The notes below the pieces were generated by a model. It was not told where the DNA came from. It saw nothing but the letters and a program-made list of their open reading frames with translations, and did not search any database. Positions 44,190 through 58,824 of a DNA stretch of 64,000 bases are shown here, piece by piece. Source of the DNA: the human T2T-CHM13v2.0 reference genome, Homo sapiens; assembly GCF_009914755.1 (NCBI RefSeq), contig NC_060933.1; one strand, 5' to 3'. The position numbers and the translations under genes are program-made. Within the stretch, counting starts at the first letter, position 1. Each line of letters opens with the position of its first letter.

Positions 44190-45412
44190 TAAAAACTCTA
44201 GAAGTTTAGGAGCCTGCTCTAAAGTGAAAGCACAAAATTGCAAACATCAAATACAGAATAATAATATGCAGTTAGAAAAATAAGAACTCATAATCAACTC
44301 AAATGTTTAGAGACCCCAACTTGAGAAAACAATGTAAATCTGTTTTACAAAATAATTAACTTTCTGACATAACTTCTTTAATAACTTTTTCTTATTTTTT
44401 CTTTTGACTTCATTTGATCATGACTTTTTATGACAATGCTATTGTAATATTCTCTAAAGACAGAATAAAAAGTAATTTGATCTTTTCTCTAATAATGTTG
44501 CTTACAATTTATTTTTCATTAAAGATAGTTGAGAGAAATGCCTTTGGGAACTTTCACTAATTATTGTAATATCATGTAAATTTTGTTAAGATTGTGGTCA
44601 AATTTGTGCCAATCTTTAGAAAGTTTTTTCATATATGAGCTATAAAATTTAAAAGAATTTTAGATTGCCTTTAAAAGAACTTAATCTATATCTTTTGAGT
44701 TTACAACATTAAGAACATTCCTGAAAGCCATTTCTACACTAGAATGACTAGAGATAACTTATATACATACAAAAGTGACTCTGAACCATGTAAATGTATT
44801 TTACTTAAAACCAATCACTGTGTATCCCCAACTCAACTTCCCATTATCCAGATTCCAAAAATGTTCATGCTACACAGTCACCATCTGTCTTAGTCTGTTT
44901 GGGTTGCTATAACAAAAATATTATAAGCTGGGTGGTCAATAAGCAACAGATTTTTTTTTATAGTTCCAGAAGCTGGAAGTCCAAGATCAAGACACCAACA
45001 AATGTAGTGTCTAGAAATGGCCTGTTCCCCCATAGATGGCACCTTCTAGCTGAGTCCTCACATGGTGAAAAGGACAAGGCGGCTCTCTGAAGCCTCTTTA
45101 ATAAGGGTTTTACCCTCATGACCTCATCGCCTCCCAAAATGCCATCATCTTGCGGGTTAGGATTTCAACATGTGGATTTTGAAAGGACACAAACATTCAG
45201 ACCAGAGCACCAGCCAACATGAGAGGAGACCTTACATAATGAAAGTCAGAGTGGAAAGGGCTCTTTGTAACAACTATTGTTACATTTTACTGTTGAAAAT
45301 TTTACAGTGAAGTATATGACCATGTGAAAAATGCACAGAGCCTTAGCTGAACTCATGCAAGAGTGCAGCACTGAAATTTAAGCTTTAGGAGCTTCTCAGT
45401 AAACCCACTTTG
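44190..45412 (-). mobile_element. Arthur1/MER69-type hAT-Tip100 DNA transposon fossil, split by MLT1A0
   Basis: tgtatccccaactcaacttccc...ccaaaaatg and the end ttaagctttaggagcttctcagtaaacccac match the recalled Arthur1 sequence in antisense. Confidence 0.6.
44886..45209 (-). mobile_element. MLT1A0-like MaLR solo LTR
   Basis: tgtcttagtctgtttgggttgctataacaaaa...ggacacaaacattcagaccagagca. 5-bp TSD cca(t/g)c. Confidence 0.85.
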
Positions 45413-45600
45413 CTTAGCCACTGTCATTCATGGCGTTTTCTTCCCTGAGGGAAGCAAACAGATCTTCTCATGTCTGCTTCACCCAACCTATTCAGGCCTT
45501 GCCAGCTTCTGCTTTTTTTTTTTTTTTTTTTAATTGCCCAGCTGTTTGTACTGCTGCAGCATTTTCTGATGTGTGTTTCCTGAAACACTAGTCTCTAGAT

Positions 45601-45817
45601 CTGTATTGTCCAATGTGATAGTCACTAGCCACATGCGGCTATTTAAATTTACATCGGAAATTAATTTGAATAAAATTTAAACTCAGTTTTTTAGTTGTGC
45701 TAGCCAATTTTCACGGGTCTAGTAGCTACATGTGGCCGGTGGTCATCATGTAAGTTAGAGCAGATACAGAACATGCTTATCATCACGGAAAGTGGAAAGT
45801 TCTATAGGACAGTGCCA
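45601..45817. mobile_element. MER3 with perfect 8-bp TSD, nested in a MER103-like element
   Basis: TSD CTCTAGAT at 45593-45600 and 45818-45825 (hAT NTCTAGAN target preference). TIR-like ends ctgtattgtccaat / taggacagtgcca. Confidence 0.85.
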
Positions 45818-45974
45818 CTCTAGATACATCCGGCAAATGTGAGTTCCAATGTCAAGTAGCTTTGGGAGGTGCTGCATTCAACATATTCCTGTGATATTAG
45901 TGATTTTAAAACATGAATAAATCCATGTAACTCAGCTTTTCTTAAAGCTACTGAATGACTGGATGCTTCATATC

Positions 45975-46297
45975 TTCTTCTTCTTCTTTATTATTATTAT
46001 TTTTTTTGAGACACAATAGTCTCTCTCTGTCACCCAGGCTGGAGTGTGGAATGCAGTGGCATGATCTCAGCTCACGGCAACCTCTGCCTGCCAGGTTCAA
46101 GTGATTCTTCTGCCTCAGCCTCCCGAGAAGCTGAGACTCCAGGCGCATGCCACCATGCCCGGCTAATTTTTGTATTTTTAGTAGAGATGGGGTTTCACCA
46201 TATTGGCCAGGCTGGTCTTGAACTCCTGACCTCATGATCCGCCTGCCTCGGCCTCCCAAAGTGCTGGGATTACAGGTGTGAGCCACCGCGCCCAGCC
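45975..46297 (-). mobile_element. Alu (AluS)
   Basis: Dimeric Alu with a (TTC)(TTA) tail and a 7-nt internal duplication tggagtg/tggaatg. Confidence 0.93.
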
Positions 46298-47877
46298 CTT
46301 CTCACCTTCTTTTGTGTTTTTGCTTTTGTTTTGTTTCTTAGTCATACTGCCTACTGCCTTGCCTCACAATATGAACACAAAAATAAATGAAAGGAAATCT
46401 GTTAAATGACTTCCTGGGGTAATAATGCTTGCATTCATTATATCATGTAGTCCTCAGAATAATTCTATATAGATAAGGTAATACTTGTTTTTTACACAAG
46501 AGGAAACAGGGTTTTCTGAGTTAAGAAACTTGCTTAAGTTCACACAACAAATAAGCAATAGAACTGGAACCTGCCCCCTGCGTCCTTGGCGACTCCCTAC
46601 TCTGCTTTCTTTTGTGATTGACTAAGTCTTAGTATGGATACTGTTGCGGGCCATACAATCAATCTGGTGGGTGGCATCTATGTTTTGGCGCTGCCTCACA
46701 GAGCCCCAAACCAGGTCTTGATGGTTTTCTTGGTGGTGGTGGTGGTAGGGTAGACAGGAGGAAGAGAGGTAGTTTTAGAACAAATTTAATGTTACTAACA
46801 TCTTCTTACCTTTTTTAAATGTTTTACAACTTATAAAGTATGTGCGCTTCCAGATGTTATAGCATTGGATCCAATTTTATGCAGTAAAGTTTAGAAACTA
46901 TTATATTACCACTCTGTAGCCTCATATCATAGGAAGTGTCCCTGAACAGATTGAAACATATAAAGGAGAAACCTAAGAATAGCAATGCAATTATGTGCTC
47001 TAAAAAGAAATTTTAAAATTCTAAATGAGTAGTCTGAAAACTTGGAATTGGTCTTGTCATACCAATGATTCTTTGGTTACCCACTCAGAGACGGAGTGTG
47101 GGATGGAATACAGCATGTGATTTACCCCTAGGATTGTTGCAATCATGGCCATCTCTTTGTCTTGATGTTTCCTATCAGGACCTATAAGAACTCCTGGACC
47201 CAAAGGGAGAATTATAAAAAAAAAGATGGTTAGATGGCAATATTTCTCAGGTTTAGTTCACAGAGAAAAATAGTGAAATTAAAAGTACATACGATTAAAA
47301 GCCTAAAGACCAGATTATACTCTGAGTCTAAAATATTCTAGCCAATAAAATTAGTCCAGCTTGTTCAAAGTTTCTGTTATTTAACAAATAACCTCTTTCT
47401 CTCTCACACACACATACACACACACATGCACAGTCATCCTTGTCCTTCAGGCTTGAATGTTTATCCCTGGAGAGTGAAGGGAATGATATGTACTATGAAG
47501 AGTAAAGAACCATATAAATGTGATAAATCTTTACTATCCGTATTCCCTTTCCCTCTTCTCTTTTTCTCTTTGGCACTAGAACTCAAATCAACACTGTCAG
47601 GTGGATTGCCTACGGGCAAAAAGCCCTGGTTACATGGGGTTTTAGCAAGACCTGTATTTGACACAACTTGCCTTGGGCAATAAGTTTGGCAATGACCAAT
47701 GCAGTATGTCTCTTCAAGCCCATGAGGAGATTTTTTTTTTTTTTTGAAAGACAGAAATTGCTCCTTTTGCACCACCTGCCTACACTTGAGCAGTTTTATT
47801 ATTTGCAAGGTTATTTATCTAGGGAAATACAAAATTGCCAAAAAAAATGTGGCACTGGCAGATTGTCAGTGAAAGGG

Positions 47878-47880
<3 letters not shown>

Positions 47881-47909
<29 letters not shown>
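47881..47909. repeat. (TG)14 microsatellite
   Basis: Directly visible. Confidence 0.9.
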
Positions 47910-47911
<2 letters not shown>

Positions 47912-49452
47912 TGAGAGTACGTGTGTATGTGCTTTTACAAGAGGGGACATTGTGATTCCTTTGTTCTAAAGGGTAGTTCTCCTTAGAAGTGGCCAATCAG
48001 TCACTGTCACTGGGTGAGGAGAAGGTGGGGGAGGTGGTAGTGTGATGGGGACATGCCAAGTTTGCCCAGAATACTCATTGCACAGGACGATTCCCACAGC
48101 TGTTGTGTACCCAATGTAAATACGGACAGCCCCATTCATCACAGGGCTCCCTTCTGCAGCACACGTCCAAAGTACAGCAATGATTTAGTGCCTGCAGCTG
48201 GAACTATACTACGTTTCTCCAAAACAGTGGCGTTTAAAAATTAGGAGGTGGAAATGGAGAGGAGGCAGGGGTTAGAGGGAGGGAAGAACTAATCTCAGGT
48301 TTCTGAGAAGAGGGGAGAAGAGCAACAAGGGTGAGCACTCCAGTGGACCACTCCTTTACTTTACCTTCAGTTTACTTCTTAAATTCATTGGCTTTTGTAT
48401 AACTCAAGCTCAAACTTTGGAACTAGACTTGCCTCTGCCTCACTGTTTGCTGTGGCCCTGATGACATGTGCACTGTGGGTCTCAAGACTTCTTCTTTATA
48501 AGATGTTGATCCAAATCTTTTGGAAACTTCTCTGTGGACAATGTACAAACCCAGCAGGACAAGAAAACAAATAGCTCAATCTTTTTCTAGATATGCATAT
48601 TTATCATTCATTCACTCATTCAACAAGTAGCTTGTAGCATCTACTACATGCGAGGTCCTCTGCAGATTACTACAGGTACAACACAAAAAAACAATATTAA
48701 ACGTGTTCATGAGGCACTTATATGGTAGTATAGGCAACAGACTCACAACTTAAAATATGATTTTTTTGAGGTCTGGCACATGTAATAGATGCTCCGTAAT
48801 TGCTGAATGCCAGAAGAGAGAATGCTACCAAGTTTTGTAAAAAATATACATATATATATTTTTCTTTGCACATGTCATAAACCTTTTTTAGAAGAAGTTC
48901 TTTAAATGGAGATGGAATGAATACTATTTCAGGTTCCCCAGAGAAAATGAGTTGATAAGAAATTTGGGAAGCTTTTCAAGCAGGTTGTAGCATGATCAAA
49001 GTTGTTCACTAGAAAAACAACTAGACCACAGATGTAGTGAGTGGACTAGAGAAAGGAAAGGGTAGGAGATGGAATTCTCTAGCTCATTTGGATAGCCTGA
49101 ACAAGAGATAGTGAGTACCTGTGCTAGAGGTGTGGCAACAGGAAATGAGAAGGTGAGGCATTCTAGCCCTGAGTGAAAGATATAATTTATAGAACTTTGT
49201 ATTATTTTGAATGTGAAGTTACTATTTCTGAGTTCCAAATCCACCCTCTATTCTTGTTTTTTTTGTTTTTGTTTTTGTTTGTTTGTTTTTTAATGCTGTG
49301 ATTGGACTTCTAAAAATACACATGCTTTCTGGTACCTGACGTTCTAAAAGTTTTTGCCACCAAGGACCACTAGAAGACAAGAAGGGACTTGCTCATTCTT
49401 ACTTTGATTTTTATTCTTGATGGAAACGATCTAGAGATGATGCTTTACCTGA

Positions 49453-49809
<357 letters not shown>

Positions 49810-49881
49810 CCAGATTCCAGCTTCTTTTAACATTCACATTGCATGTTCTCAAAGGTACCAATGTGAGATGGCAAGTTCCTC

Positions 49882-50040
49882 CCTTCTTAGTGGTCAGAGC
49901 CCCAACTTTGTGGAGCATCTTCCCTGATATTCTAGGTTATGATAACTGCTAACTGTTCTCCTTCTCAGTGGTCAGAGTCCCAACTTTGTGGAGCATCTTC
50001 TCTGATATTCTAGGTTATGATAACTGCTAACTCTTCTCCT
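49882..50040. repeat. 78-bp x2 tandem duplication
   Basis: tggtcagag...gataactgctaact occurs at 49891 and 49969, with about 4 differences between units. Confidence 0.92.
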
Positions 50041-51569
50041 TGTTCTCCCAATTCTGGGGATAATAGATGATTCCTAAAGCCATTTAATCTGTTCTCCCAC
50101 ACCCTGCTTCCTCTCCAGCTCTCCAACACTTGCATAACCAATCCCCCATATTAAAAATGTCTCTTAAAAATACCTGGTGTGGCACCTGTTTTCCTGTCAT
50201 GAACACTGACCAATGCAAAGTCATTAATTATTCCAAGTCTGGTCCGGGGACTTATGTAACATGAAGGCTGTTATGAAGATAACAAAGAAAACAAGGGTGG
50301 GCAATGAATTTGATATGAACACAGTGCTTATGATGGACAGATAAAAATATGGTTCTGAAATTGAAGAGAGGTATTATAGTTTGGAGGGTACAATATAGAA
50401 ATGATAAATACATAAATAAAACAATAGCCAAAACTTTAGAATACAGGAAGACGCTCTGAAAGACATATGCTACTTTAACAGTGTCACAGAAATGTAAAGC
50501 AAATACTGGAACTGCCTCAAATAGTGTAGTGTGTTGCCTTTTTCATCTTTGATTTAGTTAGGACCAGCAGCATTATGATGTGGAAGTGTGTGGAATGTGC
50601 CCTCTATATTATAGGGTGTGTCTTGAAGGCTTCTAATACTGTATAAAATTAAAATCAATAAAGCGTTCATGCAACCCTTTCTCATGTTATTTAGTCCTCC
50701 CTGCATCGTAGCAGGGAAAGTTTTCTCTGTGTTATAATCTCCATGTATAGGTTGATTTGGATTTTCTTATCAGCTACAAGAGCTGAAAATCTAAATTAGC
50801 CTATGTTTATTCAAATCCAAATGATATATGTGTCTGGTACAGCAAATAAACCAAAATTTCAGAATGAATTATTTACATTTTAAAAAGACTTCAGATGAAA
50901 TATATAAGTATGTAGGGTAGGATAGATTATGGAGAGCCTTAAAAGCGAATCCAAGAGTGCTGGACTCTCAAAAGGCTTTGGACTATATAGCAGGTGCCCC
51001 ATTCTGGAAAAATTAATCTGGCTATGAGGATCTATCTAATTATGTAGAGGAGGAAAAAATTTAGAGAACCATTCTGAGGTAGTTGTGCACATTGGCAGAT
51101 ATTTGGGAGAATGTCGTAGTAATCTCTAAATTAGGATTATACGAATAGAAATTGAGATTAAGCAAATGTAAAGAAAATTTGAAAAAAAAGTATTAGGATA
51201 GCTAAGTGAAAACTTTCTACAGCAATTAAAAGAGACAAATAGGTCAAGCATAACTTGAAGGTTTTAATGCTGGCTAACCAGGAAGAAAAAAAACTTAAAA
51301 TTTGCCTTTCACTAAGTCTAGAGCTGGTTTGTTGAGAAGCAGATTTTGTCAGAAATAGAGCTTGAGTTCAGGTTTGCAGATGTATTTTGATTTGATAAAC
51401 CGATAGGGACGAATCACAGTGGCAAAGTTCAATCAGCTATTGGAGATGCATAAATCTATTTGTTTTTCAGGAAGAAATAAATGGATTTGTTCAAAACCCT
51501 TGTTAAAGAGGACTAGTGAGGATGTGTGCAATTTCTCCAATCTTCCCACTTAGTATTAAGATTAAAAGA

Positions 51570-51933
<364 letters not shown>

Positions 51934-52943
51934 TTATTTTTACCCCTAAGTAAATTCCATGAGAAAATTTTCTGTTATAACAGACCAAAGAAGAGCAGTT
52001 CCGATTGATGTGGGAAAAGGGACCCTTGAAACCCCTTTCTGCACAGTGTCCTCTCTGCAACCTATCACTTGTCACTGCAAGGTAGCTTATGAGGCTCTGC
52101 TGTGGAACCTAAGTCTTCCCAGAACCACTGAGGTAAGCCTAGTTTTATACAAAAGATATCAAAGACCAGGGACACGAAGTCACTTCCAGTCATCTCAGCG
52201 GAGCTGTAACAAAATCCAGGGGATATCCAACATTTTCTGACTCCACTGCCATCACTTTCTATTCCCCAGGATGCATTGAGTTCTGCAAAACTGTAATTTT
52301 CTGTGCCAGGTGTGTGCTATACAAAGAACGGGATACCTTCAACTCACAAAACACTGTTGTACCACTGTAAGCCAATTTTGTTCCAAGAACCATCTCCTTG
52401 CCAAGATTTCAGTCAATGCCCTGTGTTGCCTAAAATAGTAATAATAGCTTAAGCCTCACTGGTAAGGGTTGTTTCTCTGGAAAGAATTTCATTTGTGTTA
52501 AATGACTAATGAAGGTGATCTGGAAAGACTGTCTGGGTGACTATTGGACAGATGTTTCTACATGCACTGGTGGAGCCGAAACAGCAGCATGGGGTAATGG
52601 AAAGTACACTGAACTAGAAGCTGCAAGACCTGGATCCAATTCCAGCTCTCCCTTTACCATATAAAGAACTTATAAATAATTAGCGCTTATGTTCTATATG
52701 GAGATCTGCACATGTGGAAGGGAGTATTAAATGATCACCCAACAAATTTTTCACACAACAAATTTTGAACTTGATATCAAACTTTACATCTTTGTTAATA
52801 CAGTAATATGAAACTACAGTCTAGTATTAGGCCCAGGAGCAACCTTGGAGATCATGTGATATAATCTTTTCATTTAAAATACTGAAACAGGGATGGTCTA
52901 AGAAAGTGACTGACCCTACATAAAGTTGTGATTTAGTAAATGA

Positions 52944-53433
<490 letters not shown>

Positions 53434-53442
53434 TCTGTCTCT

Positions 53443-53587
53443 CTTTTTTTTTTTTTTTTTTGAGTTGGAGTCTTGCTATGTTGCCTAGGTGCAGTGCAGT
53501 GGCACAATCCTGGCTCACTGTAGCCTCTAAACCCTGGGCTCAAGTGATCCTTCTTCCTCAGCCTTTGGAGTCCCTGGATAACCAGCA
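53443..53587 (-). mobile_element. Partial AluJ/FRAM monomer
   Basis: ggctcactgtagcctc...gggctcaagtgatcct. Confidence 0.8.
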
Positions 53588-55598
53588 CTTATTTGACTTT
53601 CTATTCTAATGGTTAAGCCCTAAATGAAAAGCCGATATTGGTGCAAATGCTTTTGAGATCATTTATTTAGTTTGTCTTGAATACTCACAATGGGTAAAAT
53701 TCTGAGACCTGTGTTATGAATAAGATAATGATCAAAATTACATATGATTATTTTATGTAAGGCATCAGAAGTCAACACAGATTAACTTTAAAAAGTGGAG
53801 ATTTTGAAATAATATGAGTATCTCATTAAGTCCAAACAGTTGAATGACTAAGACTCGGAAAAAGTGGAGAGCAGGGAAGTTCAGGAGACCTAGAGGAAAA
53901 GAGAACAATTTTCTCTCTATGATACTACAATCAATATGGATCATCTGTCTCTCCTTTTGAGATTGCAACTTTCCAGAAGAGAGAATCTGACTGTTCCAAT
54001 CAAGTCAGCTTTTCACTCCAGGATAAAACTGCTATGGCCAGAGGTGAGCTAACAGTACACATATGGCAGTTGGCTCTCATACCCAGGAGTTCCCAGAGAT
54101 TAAAAATCATTATGTCCTAGGCCACCCTTCCATAAAGAGGTCTAATTCAATAAAACACAGCACCTGCCTTTAATGGGCATGCTGTCCAATTGGGCTGTTG
54201 AATATATAAAAAGAACTGTAGTAAAAACCAGGGGTTCATATGAAACCATAGAAGCAGAGGAAAATGGCTAAGTCAGCTCCAAAGGTAGAAGAAGCTTTTT
54301 GGTAAGGAAATCAGGATTTTCATACACTGTTGTTCTCTCAAATTTTCCCATTACTTTGAATGCCTGGAATTTAGGTAAATGGTGTTTTCAACTGTTCTCC
54401 AATTTTACTAAAAAAAAAAGAAGCAAAATTATTCTACATGTGTAACATTTGAGAAAGCAGGCATAATGAAACAATCCAAATTTGCAAAGGCCATGTTTCT
54501 AAACTAAACCTATTTTGAGTGGAATACTTCTTATCTATCCCTCTAGAGCAATGCAAGAAAAAAATAAAAATAAAAACTATGTCACATAAGTAAGACTGTA
54601 AAGGAATGGGAAGAATGGGAAGAACTTACCCTATTTAGCAGAAAATGGGATTGTGACACAAATGCAGTAGGTGGTGGACCCAAAGCACTTCTGAAGCACA
54701 ATCTGGATATCATTCTTGTTGAACCACGAGGACCTGTGAGTAGTCAATATTAGAGATGTGGCTTCAGACTCCGACTTAAAATAAGGTGAATGGTTCAAGA
54801 ATAAGGGATATGCCACTCGTGATCAAATAGCGAAAATTACGAGAGCATGAGTATGTAAGTGGAGCTCCAAGTCTGGACATAAAGCATACCCTTCCATTCT
54901 GACTCATAAAATGAAAGTTCTGGAAGAACTAGGATCATTACAATATCTTACTACCACTGTGGTTTCACTTCCATCTTTAATCCAACCTTCACATTGTGAA
55001 GAACTTGCTTCTCTTCTCAATCTTCCATTGTGTTGACAGTGCTAATTAAATAGTCTAAATTGCTTAGACAATTTTAAGAATTCCAGTAACTTGGTTCCTA
55101 AATATTTTTTGGTCTCCTTCCCACTATATTTCTCTATGAATACTATATTTTTGCCACATTTTGCATTTTTACACACTTTTATGTTGCTCATGTTGATCTC
55201 ATGGATGGAAATATTATTTTATCATGTTTTAGAATATCATTTGAATGTTTCATCAAGAAACTCCTTGATTAATTGCAATCTATGTGTGCCAACTTGCTTT
55301 CTTAATTTTGGACTTTTCTATATTTGATTAATTTTGTTTCTGGACCTTCAATGAACCTTATGCTCCCTGAGTAGGGACTGGGTATACTTCAGTGAAAAGA
55401 GAAAGACACTTAGATTGCATCGCAGATTTGCTATTACCTGGAGGGATAGCCTTGGAATAGACAATTTCTCTGAGCTCTGAGCTTTCTTCTACTTTTGTAA
55501 AGTGGGATAATAAAATCAGCCTCTCAGAGATATAGGCAAAATTGTACATACAATTGTGTATGGTTTTAAATAAACTGGCATGTAATTGTAACTACTGA

Positions 55599-55900
<302 letters not shown>

Positions 55901-57913
55901 CACTGAAAGTATTTTTTTAATTCTGATTTCTAGCTTGTGCAGGCTTCCTTTGGATGAAGAAGAGAAGAAACATACCAACTAACTTAAAAAAAAAATACCT
56001 TCCAGAATCCTAGAGAGTTTAAGCAATAAAACTGTTAAAAGGGAAAAGATACAAATGAGCATCAAATGCAATAGGGCCAGTGATGTAAATTCCACCAGGA
56101 ATATCTTCACCTCTAATTCCTGATTCTTTCTGCATTTTAGGATAATGCTCTCTACGTAACAGAAAATATGGACACAGATATCCAGACTGTATCTTACAGT
56201 TTCTATCATAGAAGAAAGACTCAATCTCTGAGTTAAAAACAACCTTGAGAAGAACTTTGGCCTGACATGGGTCAAGTGCCCACTCTTGACTACCAATAAC
56301 TTTGACCAGTGGAGTAGAAAAAGCAGAACATGGCACCCTCTTCTCTTGTTCTGTAGAATAGAGACACATTCTACTAGAATAGATTCCTTAGAAAATAACA
56401 CTATAGATGTCCATCAAAATATCCATAGACTCATAGGGTCTCTTACATAGAAACCCAATGTATACTAGAAGTAAGCATAGCAAGGCAGATAAGGTATTTA
56501 ATTTTTTGTGGGGGTTGCTTTTTAGAAAAGAAATTTTCAAAAAAAATAGAAGCCTTTGGACTTTCGTAACTGTGAAGATAGTTGCAGAGACTGTGGTCAT
56601 ACGCATCATCAGGAACTCTCCCTGAGAAAAGATTATTTAAGTGTTTAATTGCACCCAGAGGACTTCTGCCTAACCATCTCTCTGGATGAGTCATTCCGCA
56701 GAGTGCTTTGGCTACCCAAAATCCTCGGCTAGGCTGGCCAACATGAAGACTGAATTTGATACAGCTTTTTCTCCAATATGTAGTCAATGTGATTTGAGTT
56801 AAATTGCCAACATTATTGATACTTGCTATAGGCCCCCACCATTGACCCTTCCTTAATCACAATTGAAGTATAGTTCTGATGGGAGTAACTAAATCATGGT
56901 GGTGTAATAAATAAATGTACAGTTGGGTTCTAGCTCTAGCTTTTTAATTGACCAGTTATGCGGTTGAGGCTATTTTTTTAATCTCTCCAAAATTAAGAGT
57001 TCAATTTATAGAATATTTTGGATGAGTCTAAAGCCTCTTCTTGTTCATCATTGAAGGAATCTATGGCCTCTTGATGTCCCTGTTTGGTTTCTGGACTTTA
57101 TAGTCTTGCAGGGAAAAGTTATGTGTACACATATTTAAAATATTCTCTATATTCCAAAAGCTGTGAGGCTGGAAATACAGATAACTAAGAGCAGTTTTCA
57201 TTATAGATAGCCTCTCCATTTTTCTTTTCTACCTCTCCTTAACATCTGGCTTCATTCAGTGGCATGAGAGAAACAGCTAGATTAAAAGGAAAATAAAACC
57301 AAAACCAAAAACACAACCTACCTCTACCGAATGCAATCAATGGACATGAGCTATTCCTGGAGTTGAACACCTGCTCCATTTCTTTTCATCTGTATTTTCT
57401 CCATCTGTTCTAATTATGTCCCTTTCTTGGGAGTAAGAGAACTGCTACTGTCTGGTGCCATGTAAGGGTGAGAAAGGTTAATTAACACTGAAGACAGATC
57501 CCAATTGCCCCTGCATCACACCCCTGTCCATATGCATTAGACTGTGAAGGGGTGCCCACCTTTCCCATGACCTGGTGCTGCTCATGAATTTGTGTCTGCT
57601 CCTCTTAGTCTCTTACATGGCTCCCTTCTTTCCTGAGCTGTCTCCAGAGCATTGAATCCAAAGGCACTCATCCATGCTAAAGTGGCAAAATGCCTTAGTC
57701 ATATGGAGGGGGTATGTCCTAGAGAGTAGAAAAAAGCATATAGAACTGCCTTCTGCAGCACTCTTAGATCCAACCAGCAGTAACAGCTGTGACCCAAGTG
57801 AGTTAAGAGTTAAGTTCATTTATTCACACAGTGGCTTGAAGAGTTAGGCAATGCTATGATCACTTTGCAGAATGAGAGTAAGAGACTTGAGATAAAGTAG
57901 TTTACTAATCGTC

Positions 57914-58023
57914 ACACAAGTAGCAAGATAAACACATATATACATACTTTTGTGTATAAACACATGTTATATACATGTATGTATATAATGTATGTATATA
58001 TATGTTTGTCTTGCTACTTGTGT
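57914..58023. repeat. Long inverted repeat (34-bp arms, 42-nt spacer)
   Basis: 57914-57947 vs 57990-58023 are reverse complements at 32 of 34 positions. Confidence 0.92.
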
Positions 58024-58030
58024 AGCAATA

Positions 58031-58065
<35 letters not shown>

Positions 58066-58824
58066 AACACATACACATATTTGTTTAATGCTTAAAAATG
58101 CCTTCACCCTAAATTTGAAAGCAGGGACTTTACTGTAGTTCACCACTGAATTCATAGCACCTCGCAGGTTCATGATTAACAATTATTCAGTAAATGACTT
58201 CAATAAAGACAAATTATTGTCTGTGTTTATTGATATGAAATCATATTTATTGAGTACAAACACTGCACTGTAAGGTAAAGTGAGCATTACTGGAAAAGTA
58301 GAAGGCATTGCTAAAGGATTTTAAAGTAGATTTAAGAAGGTAGCACAAATGAAAATTTAATGTTCAAATATTCTTTCATTTATTTCTCAAATATATATTC
58401 AATATCTACTCTATGTGAGGAAATGTACTTGTTGCTTGATCTGAAATAATAAACTCATGTTTTTAAATCCACAAATGTAGCCTGCAGACATATACAACTA
58501 AAGAGGATAGTATGCTATCAACAGACAAATGATGAAGAAAAATAGGTAAGTAGAGCTACAGAAATAGAGAATAGATAGGTACCTTTGAATCCATTGGCTC
58601 TCTAAGTCAAAAAAGGCAGCCTGGAGAAAGTGGTGTTTAAGGACACATAGATGTCACAGAGGCAATGAAAGTTAGGGGTGCCAATCATTTCAGTAAGAAA
58701 AAACAGCATGTGCCCAGAAATGAAAAAAATAATAATATAAATTATTTAGTATAGGTAGAGGGTAGAGTTTGAGGTGAGAAATCCTAAGATATAAAGATAG
58801 GCTGATAAGTTTTGACCCTTCCAG

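Noticed and set aside
48049-48068. p53-like site GGACATGCCA AGTTTGCCC
   Set aside because: Second half-site is out of register and lacks the invariant C.
55979-56787. Cluster of overlapping minus-strand ORFs (114-140 aa)
   Set aside because: No recognisable homology, mostly non-ATG starts, no coherent exon or processed-pseudogene hallmarks.
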